The notes under the pieces were generated by a model. The model saw nothing but the letters and a program-made list of their open reading frames with translations, ran no database searches and was not told the DNA's origin. A stretch of DNA of 64,000 nt, from assembly GCA_963823035.1 (NCBI GenBank), contig CAWGKG010000004.1:320001-384000 (forward strand), given 5' to 3'. How positions within the stretch are numbered: the first letter of the stretch is position 1; the number at the start of each line of letters is the position of its first letter. A program made the translations under genes and the position numbers. This document shows, one piece after another, positions 10,901 through 20,432 of the stretch. This DNA comes from an uncultured Gemmatimonadales bacterium (GTDB lineage Bacteria; Gemmatimonadota; Gemmatimonadetes; Longimicrobiales; Gaopeijiaceae).

Positions 10901-11935
10901 GAAAACGACCGGCTCCATGTCGAGGTCGACCGCGCCACCGGTGAGCTGGCCCGCATCGTCGACCTCGCGAGCGGGCGGGAGGTGTTGCAGCCGGGTGGGG
11001 GCGGCAACCGGCTGGAGACGCGCGAGGATCGGCCGCTCCAGTGGGACGCCTGGAACATCGACGACACGGACGACCCGTGGGCACCGATCGCGGACACGGT
11101 CCGCGTGGGCGAGCCCGGCCGCGACGCCCTGGGCCGCTTCGTGGAGGTCGTGCGCGCGGATCGGCACGGGAGGTTCGTGCAACGGCTCACCCTCCCCGAC
11201 GGGGCACGACGCCTCGAGGTGGAGACGCGCGCGCTGTGGAGGGCGGACCATCGCCTCCTGAAGGCGTCCTTCCCGCTCGCGCTCTCCTTCGACAGCGTCT
11301 GGGCGGAGATCCCCTACGGCGCGATCGCACGGCCCGCCGCCGCCCGCTCGAAGCGGGACAGCGCGCGCTACGAGGTGCCGATGCAGCGCTGGATCGACGC
11401 CAGCGACGGGCGCTGGGGCGTGAGCTTCGTGAACGACGCCAAGCACGGCTACGACGTGCGCGGCGACACCGTCCGCATCACCCTCCTGAAGTCCGCCAAG
11501 TGGCCGGACGAGCAGGCCGACATGGGGACGCAGGTCTTCCGCTACGACCTCGTGGTGCACGACGGGGACTGGCGGAGCGGCGCCACCGAGGCGGCCGCGA
11601 CCTCCCTCGACCAGCCGCTGCGGGCCGTCGCGGTGGAGGAGCACGCGGGGGAGGGGAGGGCCCGCGCGTTCGCCTCCGTGCGGGGAGACGGCGTACAGCT
11701 CGGCGCGCTCAAGGTCGCGGAGGACGACGCGAGCACGCTGGTCGTGCGCCTGGTCGAGCGCCACGGCGCCGCCGTGACGGCGACGCTCGAGCTCCCGTGG
11801 CCGTTCGAGTGGCGGAGCGCGGACCTCCTGGAGCGCCCCGAAGCGGAGGCAGCCTGGACGGAAAGCGAGGGAACGCGCGCGTCGATCCCCCTCGCGCCGT
11901 GGGAGATCGGCACGGTGCTCGTGCGCCGGCGCTGA
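7985..11935 (+). CDS. Secreted GH38 alpha-mannosidase with N-terminal PA14-like beta-sandwich; compensating frameshifts ~10390-10730
   Basis: GNAHIDAAWLW, WIPDTFG (nucleophile), YGVGDHGGGP, ELYLEYHRGVYTSQ and NQFHDLLPG (in a shifted frame). A signal peptide starts at ATG 7985. Confidence 0.9.
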   Translation: MRRAFVSCLVALVALTIWGATAGTPAVRAQEDRPIAAWLVLGAFPVREGPDRLRHAYLEDEASSAPRPAVAVGSFLWRQRPADANGQMDLKVAIGEPPLEQAVAYAFSWVTTADERTVSFGFESDDDVRVWLNGTLILDREVARSLRGGTDTVTVRLARGANRLLMKVVNRTGEFALGARLLALADAPLDGLRLGATRPPDAPVASVPSPSLTVAPLSVAAFATLDAGTGALRVPVVARATRWGGLSGPVRLRVGSREAELPAAADGAVAEAELATTWDDLLKAASGEGDGVTANVVGGGTEGRGIDAGAVLRVLARPIAVDGWRWRDDAGTWHPLPRAGAYGVDATVAREARALAFEAPVPDALAGLTLEMDVAELATPEAVVRVDGEVRTPSASARVRLCGPCGAGASISVEVEPHGNWWDAPRLVVPDAGWTEIAEGARWARYFLGDSILPEVPDEEVARRLLAAAAAPDKARYRALVGTWMKRLEPAARQVRADTIDVVGNAHIDAAWLWRWEETVDVVRNTWRTAAKLLEKYPGATFAGSSAAYYAWLETYEPALLHEIQRLQREGRWAPVGGWWVEADANLPSGEALVRQALYGQRTYQRLFGRMATVAWIPDTFGYTWTLPQIFRKSGFDYFVTQKVRWNDTDTWSADRNLFWWEGRDGTRILSYIPYGYTHQLQPTSLAEEWKASRDSTASRHMLVLYGVGDHGGGPTMEMLDRARELERIPTFPPLRGTLPERALERMAADAEDVPVIDDELYLEYHRGVYTSQAEMKAWNRRLEALLGAAEAASAHAAFVGARRRLVQLPAWLARGRVGEDPLQPVPRPAPGVGDRSGLRGRRRRLPRGGAPGRHGAGARRRDRRRVARHALPRRGWAAVPRAEPLRVRAGRGGQDPVEGRGGPRGGRLRPRRSPQRVRADTLRALVPEVPPTGGRVVFVVSAGEGGDGGADGDAERAGPAGAAAAAGPVILENDRLHVEVDRATGELARIVDLASGREVLQPGGGGNRLETREDRPLQWDAWNIDDTDDPWAPIADTVRVGEPGRDALGRFVEVVRADRHGRFVQRLTLPDGARRLEVETRALWRADHRLLKASFPLALSFDSVWAEIPYGAIARPAAARSKRDSARYEVPMQRWIDASDGRWGVSFVNDAKHGYDVRGDTVRITLLKSAKWPDEQADMGTQVFRYDLVVHDGDWRSGATEAAATSLDQPLRAVAVEEHAGEGRARAFASVRGDGVQLGALKVAEDDASTLVVRLVERHGAAVTATLELPWPFEWRSADLLERPEAEAAWTESEGTRASIPLAPWEIGTVLVRRR

Positions 11936-11942
11936 GGGAGGG

Positions 11943-13436
11943 TCAGCAGCGCGGCCAGCAAGCCGGGAGCGGATCGTGGAAGGGAGCCTCGTGCCGGAGC
12001 ACGGTGCGCTCCCCGGCCAGGGCCGCCAGCACGCCCACCTCCGTGGAGCCGTCGTCCGCGGCGTGATGGGCGAGCATCGCCCACATCAGCTCGAGGTAGG
12101 CGACGTCGGCAGCCGTGGGGGCGTCCGTGCGCGTCGCGTGGTTCGGAGTCGCGCACTCCACCATGATCGACGGCCACTTGCAGCCGTGGCCCACGCCGAG
12201 CACGTGGATCAGCTCGTGGCCGGCCAGCCAGGCGTTCCCGAGCAATCCACGGCTCGCCACCGCGACGCGGGCGCTGTCCACGCGAGAGGTGGCCAGGGAG
12301 GCGACCGGCGCCACGTTGCCGTGCCACCCCTCCGCGTCCTGGAGCCGCGTCGCCGCGGGGGGGGCCGTGAAGGGGACGCCGACACCGGAGGTGGAGAGCG
12401 TCGCATCGACCGAGACGCGCACGGCCGGACCTTCCACGGAGCCGTCCGCCGGCCGGAAGAGGTCGCGGCCCAGGACATCCTCGAGGCTGTTCACGGCGGC
12501 CCACCAGGCCACCGAGTCGGCCGCCCCGATCGAACGATCGCTCCGCGCCCGATCGAACAGGACGGGGAGGGGGAAGTCGGCGCTCCACGCGTACTGGAAG
12601 GCGGTGAAGCGCTCGGCCGTGCTCGCGGTCTGATAGAAGGACCCGAGCGCCGCGCTCGCGTCGAACGCGTCGTCGAGGGACACGGACACCGTCTGGCCTG
12701 CGTAGCGGCCCCTCCGCACCGTCCACGCGCGTGGCACGAGCAGGATGCGGACATCGGTCGCGAACTCGAGCGCCTCGAGCCGGAAGAGGGCCGGAAGGTA
12801 GGCGGCGGCCTCGGGGTCGGCGGTGGCCACTTCGATCTCGGACCACCCCGGCGCGCTGAAGGGGATCTCGACATGGAACGTGCCGTCGGCCGGGATCGAG
12901 GCGGAAGCCGTCCGCCCGTCGGACGCGCGCAGCGTCAGGGTGAGGCCCGGCAGCGCGCCCCCGTCCGCCGTGGACACCGTCCCCGTAACGGCCACGAAGG
13001 TCGTCGCGGCCGTCGGCGCCGAGGTCGCGCAGGTGGGGTCGGCCCCGTTCGCGCCGCACGCGACCACCCGGTACCCGTGCTCCCTGTTGGGCAGCGCGGA
13101 CGGGTCGAGCCAGCTCCGGTCGGTCGCCCCGACCGTCGCGACCTCGCGCCACACGGTGTCCGGGAGGGGACAGGGCGGGGGTGAGGTCGCCGCCGGACGG
13201 AAGTAGTTCTCGGCGCACCCCCGGGTGAGCCGCCGCTCGATGCGGAAGAGCCCGATGCCGCCGTCGTCGTCGCGCCACGTCAGGCGCACGTGCGTGGCCG
13301 TCTCGACCTGCGCGCGCAGGTCGGAGGGCGCGGAGATCCCGGAGGACTCCGGGGGCGCGATCAGGTCGCGCGCCGCGGCGCCGCATGCCCCGACCACGAC
13401 CGCCAGCAACAGCGGTGCTGCCCGTCCGTTCGCCAT
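11943..13436 (-). CDS. Lipoprotein with FN3-like domain and metzincin (matrixin-like) metalloprotease domain
   Basis: Lipobox VVGAC, FN3-like APSDL...LTWRD...YRVVACGANG, and HELIHVLGVGH followed by an SIM Met-turn. Confidence 0.7.
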   Translation of the reverse strand: MANGRAAPLLLAVVVGACGAAARDLIAPPESSGISAPSDLRAQVETATHVRLTWRDDDGGIGLFRIERRLTRGCAENYFRPAATSPPPCPLPDTVWREVATVGATDRSWLDPSALPNREHGYRVVACGANGADPTCATSAPTAATTFVAVTGTVSTADGGALPGLTLTLRASDGRTASASIPADGTFHVEIPFSAPGWSEIEVATADPEAAAYLPALFRLEALEFATDVRILLVPRAWTVRRGRYAGQTVSVSLDDAFDASAALGSFYQTASTAERFTAFQYAWSADFPLPVLFDRARSDRSIGAADSVAWWAAVNSLEDVLGRDLFRPADGSVEGPAVRVSVDATLSTSGVGVPFTAPPAATRLQDAEGWHGNVAPVASLATSRVDSARVAVASRGLLGNAWLAGHELIHVLGVGHGCKWPSIMVECATPNHATRTDAPTAADVAYLELMWAMLAHHAADDGSTEVGVLAALAGERTVLRHEAPFHDPLPACWPRC

Positions 13437-13506
13437 GATCGACCTTCCCCCGGGCTTCGATTACCTTGCCTTGCCCATCTTCCCGGGACCTGTCAAGGCA
13501 AAGGCC

Positions 13507-14409
13507 ATGCCCGAGCTTCCCGAGATCACCGCCTACCTCGAGGGCCTCGAGCGCACCGTCGTCGGCCGGCCGCTGGAGCGCGTCCGGTTGCGCTCCCCCT
13601 CGCTGCTGCGCACCTGGGACCCGCCGCTGTCCACCGCGGAGGGCCGACGCGTGGTCGGCGTCCGCCGCATCGGGAAGCGGGTCGTGTGGGAGATGGAAGA
13701 TACCCTCTTTCTCGTCTTCCACCTGATGATCACCGGCCGCTTCCACTGGAAGAAGAAGGGCGTGGCCGTGCCGAAGAAGAACGCCCACGCCGCCTTCGAC
13801 TTCCCGGACGGCACGCTTCTGCTCACCGAACAGGCCACCAGGAAGCGTGCCTCGCTGCACGTGGTAGCGGGGGAGGAGGCGCTGGCGGAGCTCGATCCAG
13901 GCGGGCTCGAGGTCCTCGACGCGACGCCCGAGGCCTTCCGCGAGGCGCTCGCGCGGGAGAACCGCACGCTGAAGCGTGCGCTCACCGATCCCCGCGTGCT
14001 GAGCGGGATCGGCAACGCGCACTCGGACGAGATCCTCCTCTTCGCCCGCCTGTCCCCCCTTCAGCTGACGCGCAACCTCACGGAAGAGGAGACGGATCGG
14101 CTGTTCGCGGTGGCGCGGCGCTCGCTGGTCGCGTGGACGGAGCGGCTGCGCGCGGACTTCGGCGACGGCTTCCCCGAGAAGATCACCGCCTTCCACCCCG
14201 CCATGGCGGCGCACGGCCGCTACGGCGAGCCATGCCCGGTGTGCGGATCGGCGATCCAGCGCATCCGGTACGCCGATCGCGAGACGAACTACTGCGCGGT
14301 GTGCCAGACCGGCGGAAAGGTGCTCGCCGACCGCGGCCTGTCCCGTCTGCTCGGAGACGACTGGCCACGCACGCTCGAGGAGCTGGAGGAGTTGAAGAAG
14401 CTGAAGTAG
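13507..14409 (+). CDS. Fpg/Nei family DNA glycosylase/AP lyase
   Basis: N-terminal MPELPE, RRIGK, H2TH motif SGIGNAHSDEIL and zinc finger CPVC...CAVC. Confidence 0.92.
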   Translation: MPELPEITAYLEGLERTVVGRPLERVRLRSPSLLRTWDPPLSTAEGRRVVGVRRIGKRVVWEMEDTLFLVFHLMITGRFHWKKKGVAVPKKNAHAAFDFPDGTLLLTEQATRKRASLHVVAGEEALAELDPGGLEVLDATPEAFREALARENRTLKRALTDPRVLSGIGNAHSDEILLFARLSPLQLTRNLTEEETDRLFAVARRSLVAWTERLRADFGDGFPEKITAFHPAMAAHGRYGEPCPVCGSAIQRIRYADRETNYCAVCQTGGKVLADRGLSRLLGDDWPRTLEELEELKKLK

Positions 14410-14636
14410 CGTTGGTGGAGGGTCACGCCGGAGGGGTCCTGAGCGCCTTCCCGACTTCCTCGGCTTCCTGTCCCCCCACCGTCCGGGCGGTTACCTTTGG
14501 AGGTGAGATACGCGGATCGACCTGTCCGCAGTCTCCGTGCGGGGGCGTCGGCTCCGGGGGAGTGTGCTCCAGATCATGAACGAAGGCGGGAGTCGGGGGA
14601 GGGACCCCAGCCGCGGAGGAATCCGCGGTCGGGAAG

Positions 14637-15284
14637 GTGGGCTGCGCGTATCGATCGACCAGGGTACGTGTCGAGTCCGGCCAGGTCATCGAGGGGATCC
14701 TGAACGCCATACCTGCCAGGGTCTTCTGGAAGAACCTGGACCTCGTCTACCTGGGCTGCAACGAGATCTTCGCGCGTGACGCGGGATTCGCCTCGGCCCG
14801 GGACGTCATCGGCAAGGACGACTACCAGATGGTGTGGCGTGACCAGGCCGAGCTCTATCGCGCCGACGACTTTCAGGTCATCGAGAGCGGTCAGAGCCGG
14901 CTGTTGATCGAGGAGCCCCAGACGACCCCCGAAGGGACCACGATCACGCTCCTCACCAGCAAGGTGCCGCTCCGCGACGCCGCGGGGAGGATCACGGGTG
15001 TCCTCGGCACGTACATGGACATCAGCGACCGCAAGCGGATGGAGGACGCACTCGAGGAGGAGCGAGCGAGGCTCCAGCAGGCGCTGGCGGATGTCCGGAC
15101 GCTCCGCGGCATCGTGCCGATCTGCTCGCTCTGCAAGAGGGTCCGCGACGACCAGGGCTACTGGAAGCAGGTGGAGACGTACGTCAGCCATCATTCCGAG
15201 GCGTTGTTCAGCCATGGGATCTGCCCGAGGTGCTCCGAGACGCTCTACGGCGCCCTGGACAAGGACGAGGACGAGGACGAGTAG
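14637..15284 (+). CDS. PAS/PAC sensor protein with C-terminal Cys/His (CxxC...HxxCxxC) domain; start uncertain
   Basis: PAS motifs VFWKNLDLVYLGCN and SKVPLRDAAGRITGVLGTYMDISDRK, followed by LRGIVPICSLCKRVRDDQGYW...FSHGICPRC. Confidence 0.8.
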   Translation: MGCAYRSTRVRVESGQVIEGILNAIPARVFWKNLDLVYLGCNEIFARDAGFASARDVIGKDDYQMVWRDQAELYRADDFQVIESGQSRLLIEEPQTTPEGTTITLLTSKVPLRDAAGRITGVLGTYMDISDRKRMEDALEEERARLQQALADVRTLRGIVPICSLCKRVRDDQGYWKQVETYVSHHSEALFSHGICPRCSETLYGALDKDEDEDE

Positions 15285-15375
15285 CAGCTTCGTCGGACAT
15301 CGCTCCGACGTTCGCGCACCCGTGGCGCTCTGAGCCACGATGGGATCACCGCAGGCCGCCGCCCGTGACGAACCC

Positions 15376-15413
15376 TTGCGTGCTGTCTGTCGTAAGCTAT
15401 ATCGTACGATATA
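15376..15413 (+). promoter_or_regulatory. Putative sigma70 promoter with overlapping palindromic operator upstream of padR
   Basis: TTGCGT (15376) lies upstream of the perfect 16-bp palindrome TATATCGTACGATATA (15398-15413), an AT-rich island in GC-rich DNA. Confidence 0.6.
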
Positions 15414-15504
15414 CTCTCCGATCTATTGTGCCGAAGATCGGACGACAGCAACGTAACGAGGATCAGGAGGAAGGACGATGTTCTGCGGACAACGAGGAAG
15501 GGGC

Positions 15505-16041
15505 ATGGATTTCGACTGGCTGTTCGACTGGGACGCAGGCTTCGGCCCTCGCATGCGCGGCCGCGGAGGCCGGCGTGGGCCCAGGCGCGCGTTCTTCCGT
15601 CAGGGGGAGGTGCGCCTCGCGCTCCTCTCCCTCCTGCACGACGGGCCGGCGCACGGCTACGAGCTGATGAAGCGTCTCGAGGAGCGTTCGGGGGGGATGT
15701 ACCACGCGAGCGCGGGCACGGTCTACCCCGTGCTGCAGCAGCTCGAGGACGAGGACCTCGTGCGCTCCCGGGAGCAGGACGGGAAGAAGGTCTTCGACCT
15801 GACGGACGCCGGGCGCGACGAGCTGCGCCTGCACGAGGAGGCGGTGGAGCGCATCTGGAAGCGCGCCGGGGGGTGGAAGGAGTGGGGCGTGCACATGGGT
15901 CCCGAGTCCGCCGAGATCTGGAGCTCGTGGGGGCGCCTGACGAAGGCGGCGTTCAAGGCGGCCACCCGGGCGGACCTCGAGGCCACCGAGAAGATCCGCG
16001 CCATCCTCGACCGCGCACGTAAGGAGTTGGAGGGGCTGTAG
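15505..16041 (+). CDS. PadR family transcriptional regulator
   Basis: LLSLLHDGPAHGYELMKRLEERSGGMYHASAGTVYPVLQQLEDE wHTH motif. Confidence 0.92.
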   Translation: MDFDWLFDWDAGFGPRMRGRGGRRGPRRAFFRQGEVRLALLSLLHDGPAHGYELMKRLEERSGGMYHASAGTVYPVLQQLEDEDLVRSREQDGKKVFDLTDAGRDELRLHEEAVERIWKRAGGWKEWGVHMGPESAEIWSSWGRLTKAAFKAATRADLEATEKIRAILDRARKELEGL

Positions 16042-16160
16042 CGGCTCGCCCGCCCGTGGCCGCCCCCGGTTGTACGCCGGGGGCGGCCACGTCACTTTGG
16101 TCGGACGCGCCGGCGTGGACGCCGGCGCGCGCTCCATCCCCCGACCACGGTGAGAGCCCC

Positions 16161-18032
16161 GTGACGACTCCCCTCCTGTTGGCAGCACTTCTGGCCGCGG
16201 CCGTACCCGCGGACACCCTTCCGGTACCCCACGCCTACCAGGAGGCCCTCCGGGCCGACACCCGGAGCGCCTCGGGTGCGCCGGGCAGCCGCTACTGGCA
16301 GCAGGAGGTCCAGTACCGGATTCGCGCGCGCCTGGAGCCCGAGGCGACGAAGGTCACCGGATCCGAGACCATCACCTACGCCAACCGCTCGCCCGACACG
16401 CTGAACGAGATCTGGCTGAACCTGGGGCAGAACGTGTTCGCGCCGGGCAACCCGCGCGACCGCGTGGCGCCGATCACGGGCGGCTTCGACCTCGGTCGCG
16501 TGGTGGTGCAGGGAACACCGGTGGCGCTGCAGCCGCGGGGTGGTGCCGAGTCGCTCTCGACGTCGGAACGGATCGAGCTTCCCCACCCTCTGCGTCCCGG
16601 CGAGACGGCGGAGCTGAGCGTCGACTGGAGCTTCGTCGTCCCCGAGGGGACGTTTCGCATGGGTCGCGAGGGCAGGCACGTCTTCTACCTCGCGCAGTGG
16701 TATCCCCAGATCGCCGTCTACGACGACCTGAACGGATGGGCGAGGGACCCGTACCTGGGTGACGGCGAGTTCTACCTCGAATACGGGGACTTCGACGTCG
16801 CGATCACGGCGCCGGCCGGGTGGCTGGTGAGCGCCTCGGGCGTTCTGCAGAACGCGGACGAGGTGCTCACGCCGCAGGCCGTCGAGCGGCTGGGTGGGCT
16901 CTCCCGCGACCACGTCTCGCACATCGTCAGCACGGCGGACCGCGAGGGCGGGCGTGCCACGGCCGCGGGCGGGGAGGACGGCACGCTCACCTGGGAGTGG
17001 GTGGCGGAGAACGTGCGCGACTTCGCGTGGGGCGCGTCGGACCAGTACGTGTGGGACGGCACGGTGGCGGAGTACGAGAACGACGACGGCACCACGCACG
17101 CGTCCGACATCTTCACGCTCTACCGGCCCGACCGCCCCAACTGGGACCACTCCGCGGAATACGCGCGCCACGCCATCGAAACACACTCCCACTGGTACCC
17201 CTATCCCTACCCGCACATGACGGTCAACGAGGGCGTGATCGGCGGCGGGATGGAGTACCCGATGATCACGATCATCGGCGGGGGTAGCACGCCGATCGCG
17301 CTCTACGGCGTGATCTCGCACGAGCTCGGCCACATGTGGTGGCCGATGGTGGTCGGGTCGAACGAGCGCAGGTTCGCGTGGATGGACGAGGGGCTGGCCT
17401 CCTTCGCGGAGGATCTGGCGACGCCCGACCTCTTCCCCGACGTGGACGCGGGGCTGAACACCATGAACGGCTACCTGCGGATCGCGGGCTCGGACCGGGA
17501 GACGCCGTCGATGCGCGCGGCCGACCTGTACGGCGCGTTCGGCAACCGGGGCATGGCGTCCTACGGGAAGCCGGCATCGGTCTTCCGGGCGTTGCGCACC
17601 ATCCTCGGGCCGAAGGTGTTCGACGAGGCGATGCGCACCTACATCCGCCGGTGGGCGTTCAAGCACCCGGATCCGCTCGACCTCTTCCGCACGTTCGAGG
17701 ACGTCACCGGCCGCGACCTCGACGGCTATTTCTACGACTGGATGTACACGACGCGCGTGCTCGACCAGGCCGTGGTGAGCGTGCACGCGACGTCCGACGG
17801 AGCGGACATCCTGCTCGAGGACCGGGGCGAGATCCGCATGCCGGTGATCGTCGAGGTCACGTCCGATGCGGGGGGACGCACCCGGATGATGGTGCCCGTG
17901 GACGCGTGGGAGGACGGGCGGGCCACCGCGCACGTCAAGATCACCGGCAACGTGACCAGCGTGGTCCTCGATCCCGAGCAGCGCTTTCCCGACGTCGACC
18001 GGGAGAACAACCGTTGGACGCCGGTGGAGTAG
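16161..18032 (+). CDS. Secreted M1 family zinc aminopeptidase
   Basis: GGMEYP exopeptidase motif, HELGH...WMDEG zinc motif, YGKP and a signal peptide. Confidence 0.9.
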   Translation: MTTPLLLAALLAAAVPADTLPVPHAYQEALRADTRSASGAPGSRYWQQEVQYRIRARLEPEATKVTGSETITYANRSPDTLNEIWLNLGQNVFAPGNPRDRVAPITGGFDLGRVVVQGTPVALQPRGGAESLSTSERIELPHPLRPGETAELSVDWSFVVPEGTFRMGREGRHVFYLAQWYPQIAVYDDLNGWARDPYLGDGEFYLEYGDFDVAITAPAGWLVSASGVLQNADEVLTPQAVERLGGLSRDHVSHIVSTADREGGRATAAGGEDGTLTWEWVAENVRDFAWGASDQYVWDGTVAEYENDDGTTHASDIFTLYRPDRPNWDHSAEYARHAIETHSHWYPYPYPHMTVNEGVIGGGMEYPMITIIGGGSTPIALYGVISHELGHMWWPMVVGSNERRFAWMDEGLASFAEDLATPDLFPDVDAGLNTMNGYLRIAGSDRETPSMRAADLYGAFGNRGMASYGKPASVFRALRTILGPKVFDEAMRTYIRRWAFKHPDPLDLFRTFEDVTGRDLDGYFYDWMYTTRVLDQAVVSVHATSDGADILLEDRGEIRMPVIVEVTSDAGGRTRMMVPVDAWEDGRATAHVKITGNVTSVVLDPEQRFPDVDRENNRWTPVE

Positions 18033-18040
18033 AGGGCCGG

Positions 18041-18871
18041 GTGAGCGCTCCGGCGGCGCCACAGCTCGCTGCGGTGCGCTATCGGCCTCCCGAGGGCGCC
18101 GCGGCGGCGGGCTTTCCCTTCTCGGTGCCCGCGATCGCCAGCCTCGACCTTCTCGAGCTGGAGACTCCGGTCACCCTGCTCGTGGGGGAGAACGGGACCG
18201 GCAAGTCCACCTTCCTCGAGGCGCTGGCGATCGCTACGGGCCTTCCCGCGGTGGGCGCCAGCCGACTCGGCGACGATCCGACGCTCGAGCCCCAGCGCCG
18301 CCTCGCCCGCCATCTCAAGCTCACCTGGCGGGGACGGCGCACGCACCGGGGCTTCTTCCTGCGGGCCGAGGACTTCTTCGGCTTCCAGAAGGAGGTGGGC
18401 CGCATGATGGCCGAGCACCGCGCCGAGCTCGACCGCGTCGACCGGGACATGGCCGGGCATTCCGAGTACGGGCGCATGCTGGCGAAGGGCCCGCACAACG
18501 CGTCCATCGCCGGGCTCTCTCGCAGCTATGGGGAGAACCCCGATGCGCGTTCGCACGGGGAGGCGTTCCTCCGCCTCTTCGGCTCGCGGCTGGTGCCGCA
18601 GGGCGTCTACCTGATGGACGAGCCGGAGGCCGCGCTGTCCCCGCAGAGCCAGCTCGCCTTCCTGGCGATGGTGAAGGACGCGATCGACGCCGGCTCGCAG
18701 TTCGTCGTCGCGACGCACGCGCCGATCCTCATGGCGACGCCCGGCGCGACGATCCTGGGGTTCGACGAGACGCCGGTGCGTGCCGTGGCGTTCGAAGAGC
18801 TCGAGTCCGTGCGGCTCGTGCGGGACTTCCTGGTCGCTCCGGAGCGCTACCTGCGTCGCATCTGGGAGTGA
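18041..18871 (+). CDS. Stand-alone ABC/AAA-type ATPase (COG3910-like)
   Basis: Walker A GENGTGKST, SHGEAF signature, Walker B YLMDEPEAALSP and H-loop ATH. Confidence 0.85.
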   Translation: MSAPAAPQLAAVRYRPPEGAAAAGFPFSVPAIASLDLLELETPVTLLVGENGTGKSTFLEALAIATGLPAVGASRLGDDPTLEPQRRLARHLKLTWRGRRTHRGFFLRAEDFFGFQKEVGRMMAEHRAELDRVDRDMAGHSEYGRMLAKGPHNASIAGLSRSYGENPDARSHGEAFLRLFGSRLVPQGVYLMDEPEAALSPQSQLAFLAMVKDAIDAGSQFVVATHAPILMATPGATILGFDETPVRAVAFEELESVRLVRDFLVAPERYLRRIWE

Positions 18872-18881
18872 CGGCGCCCGC

Positions 18882-20432
18882 TCAGGCGCCCGCCTCCCTC
18901 CTCATGGGTGCGGCCCCGCCCGGCACCACCCCCATCTCCTGCAGGACCGCGGCCTGGTCCTGCTCGGACGGGATCTCCCACCCTTGCTGGTAGTGGAACA
19001 CGTCGTACAGGGGGCGGCTCCCGAACGAGCCGTCCAGGATCTCCATGTGGTCCGAGGTCAGGAAGCCGGGGTGCTCGACGCCGCAGGCGTGGCTCAGGCG
19101 CAGGAGCTCCTTGCGCAGCGTCATCACGTAGTTGGCGAGGCGTGCCGCCTTGTCCGTGGGCACGAGCCCGCGTGCGAGCCAGCGGTTCTGCGTGGCCACG
19201 CCGGTGGGGCAGTGGTCGGTGTGACAGCGCTGTGCCTGGATGCAGCCGATGGACAACATCGCCTCGCGGGCCACGTTGATCATGTCCGCCCCCAGGCAGA
19301 AGGCGAGCAGGCCCGACTCGGGAAAGCCGAGCTTGCCGGACGTGAGCCAGACCACGTCGCGGTGCACGCCCCGCTCGGCGAACGTCCGGTAGACCCGGCT
19401 GAACCCGATCTTGAAGGGGAGGGCGACGTGGTCGGCGAAGGCGAAGGGGGCGGCGCCCGTGCCTCCCTCTCCCCCGTCGATCGTGATGAAGTCCACGCCG
19501 CGCTGCTCGGCCGCCATCCGGTCGGCGAGCTCGCTCCAGAACCCCAGCTCGCCCACGGCGGACTTGATGCCCACGGGCACGCCCGTCGCGTCGGCCAGGT
19601 CCTCCACGAAGTCGAGCATCTCGTCGACGTTGCGGAAGGCCTTGTGCCCAGGCGGGCTGATCACGGCCTGTCCCTCGGGTACGCCGCGGATGCGCGCGAT
19701 CTCGGCGGTGACCTTCACGGCGGGGAGCACGCCTCCGAGGCCCGGCTTGGCACCCTGCGAGAGCTTGATCTCCACGGCGCGCACCGGATGCGCGGCGACC
19801 TTGTCCAGGAACTTCGCCCGGTCGAAGCCGCCGTCGGGTGCGCGTGCGCCGAAATAGCCGGTGCCGAGCTGCCAGATCAGGTCGCCCCCGTTCAGGTGGT
19901 AGGGGGAGATGCCGCCCTCGCCGGTGTTGTGCAGGCACCCGCAGATCTTCGCGCCGCGGTTGAGCGCTTCGATCGCGTTCGAGGAGAGGGACCCGAAGCT
20001 CATCGCGCTCACGTTCACCACGGATGGCGGGCGGAACGCCTTGCGTCGCCCGCGGTGGGCTCCGAGCACCTTCGCGCAGGGCAGGGGATAGCCCTCCGCG
20101 TGGGGACGGTCCTCGCCACGACCGATCGTGTTGTGCTTGATGATCAGGTAGTTCGACGACAGCTCCAGCTCGTTGTCCGTGCCGAAGCCGAGGTAGTTGT
20201 TCTCCTGCTTGGACGAGGCATACACCCACCGCCGCTTGTCGCGCGAGAAGGGCCGCTCCTCGTTGTTGGAGGTGACGATGTACTGGCGCAGCTCCGGGCC
20301 CACGGCTTCGAGCCAGTACCGGAAGTGCCCGATGATGGGGAAGTTGCGCAGGATCGCGTGCCGCTTCTGGACGAGGTCGTAGAGCACGATCGCCACGACG
20401 ACGCCGAGGAGCGCCTGCAAGAACCAGGTCAT
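18882..20432 (-). CDS. FMN-binding glutamate synthase family protein
   Basis: SAMSFGSLS, NTGEGG, EIKLSQGAKPG, DGGEGGTGA and the CIQAQRCHTDHCPTGVATQ Fe-S motif. Confidence 0.92.
   Translation of the reverse strand: MTWFLQALLGVVVAIVLYDLVQKRHAILRNFPIIGHFRYWLEAVGPELRQYIVTSNNEERPFSRDKRRWVYASSKQENNYLGFGTDNELELSSNYLIIKHNTIGRGEDRPHAEGYPLPCAKVLGAHRGRRKAFRPPSVVNVSAMSFGSLSSNAIEALNRGAKICGCLHNTGEGGISPYHLNGGDLIWQLGTGYFGARAPDGGFDRAKFLDKVAAHPVRAVEIKLSQGAKPGLGGVLPAVKVTAEIARIRGVPEGQAVISPPGHKAFRNVDEMLDFVEDLADATGVPVGIKSAVGELGFWSELADRMAAEQRGVDFITIDGGEGGTGAAPFAFADHVALPFKIGFSRVYRTFAERGVHRDVVWLTSGKLGFPESGLLAFCLGADMINVAREAMLSIGCIQAQRCHTDHCPTGVATQNRWLARGLVPTDKAARLANYVMTLRKELLRLSHACGVEHPGFLTSDHMEILDGSFGSRPLYDVFHYQQGWEIPSEQDQAAVLQEMGVVPGGAAPMRREAGA

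Noticed and set aside
18041..18871. ATPase as an anti-phage (AbiEii/OLD/Septu-type) component
   Set aside because: There is no adjacent nuclease or TOPRIM partner, and the SHGE signature fits the common stand-alone COG3910-like family.
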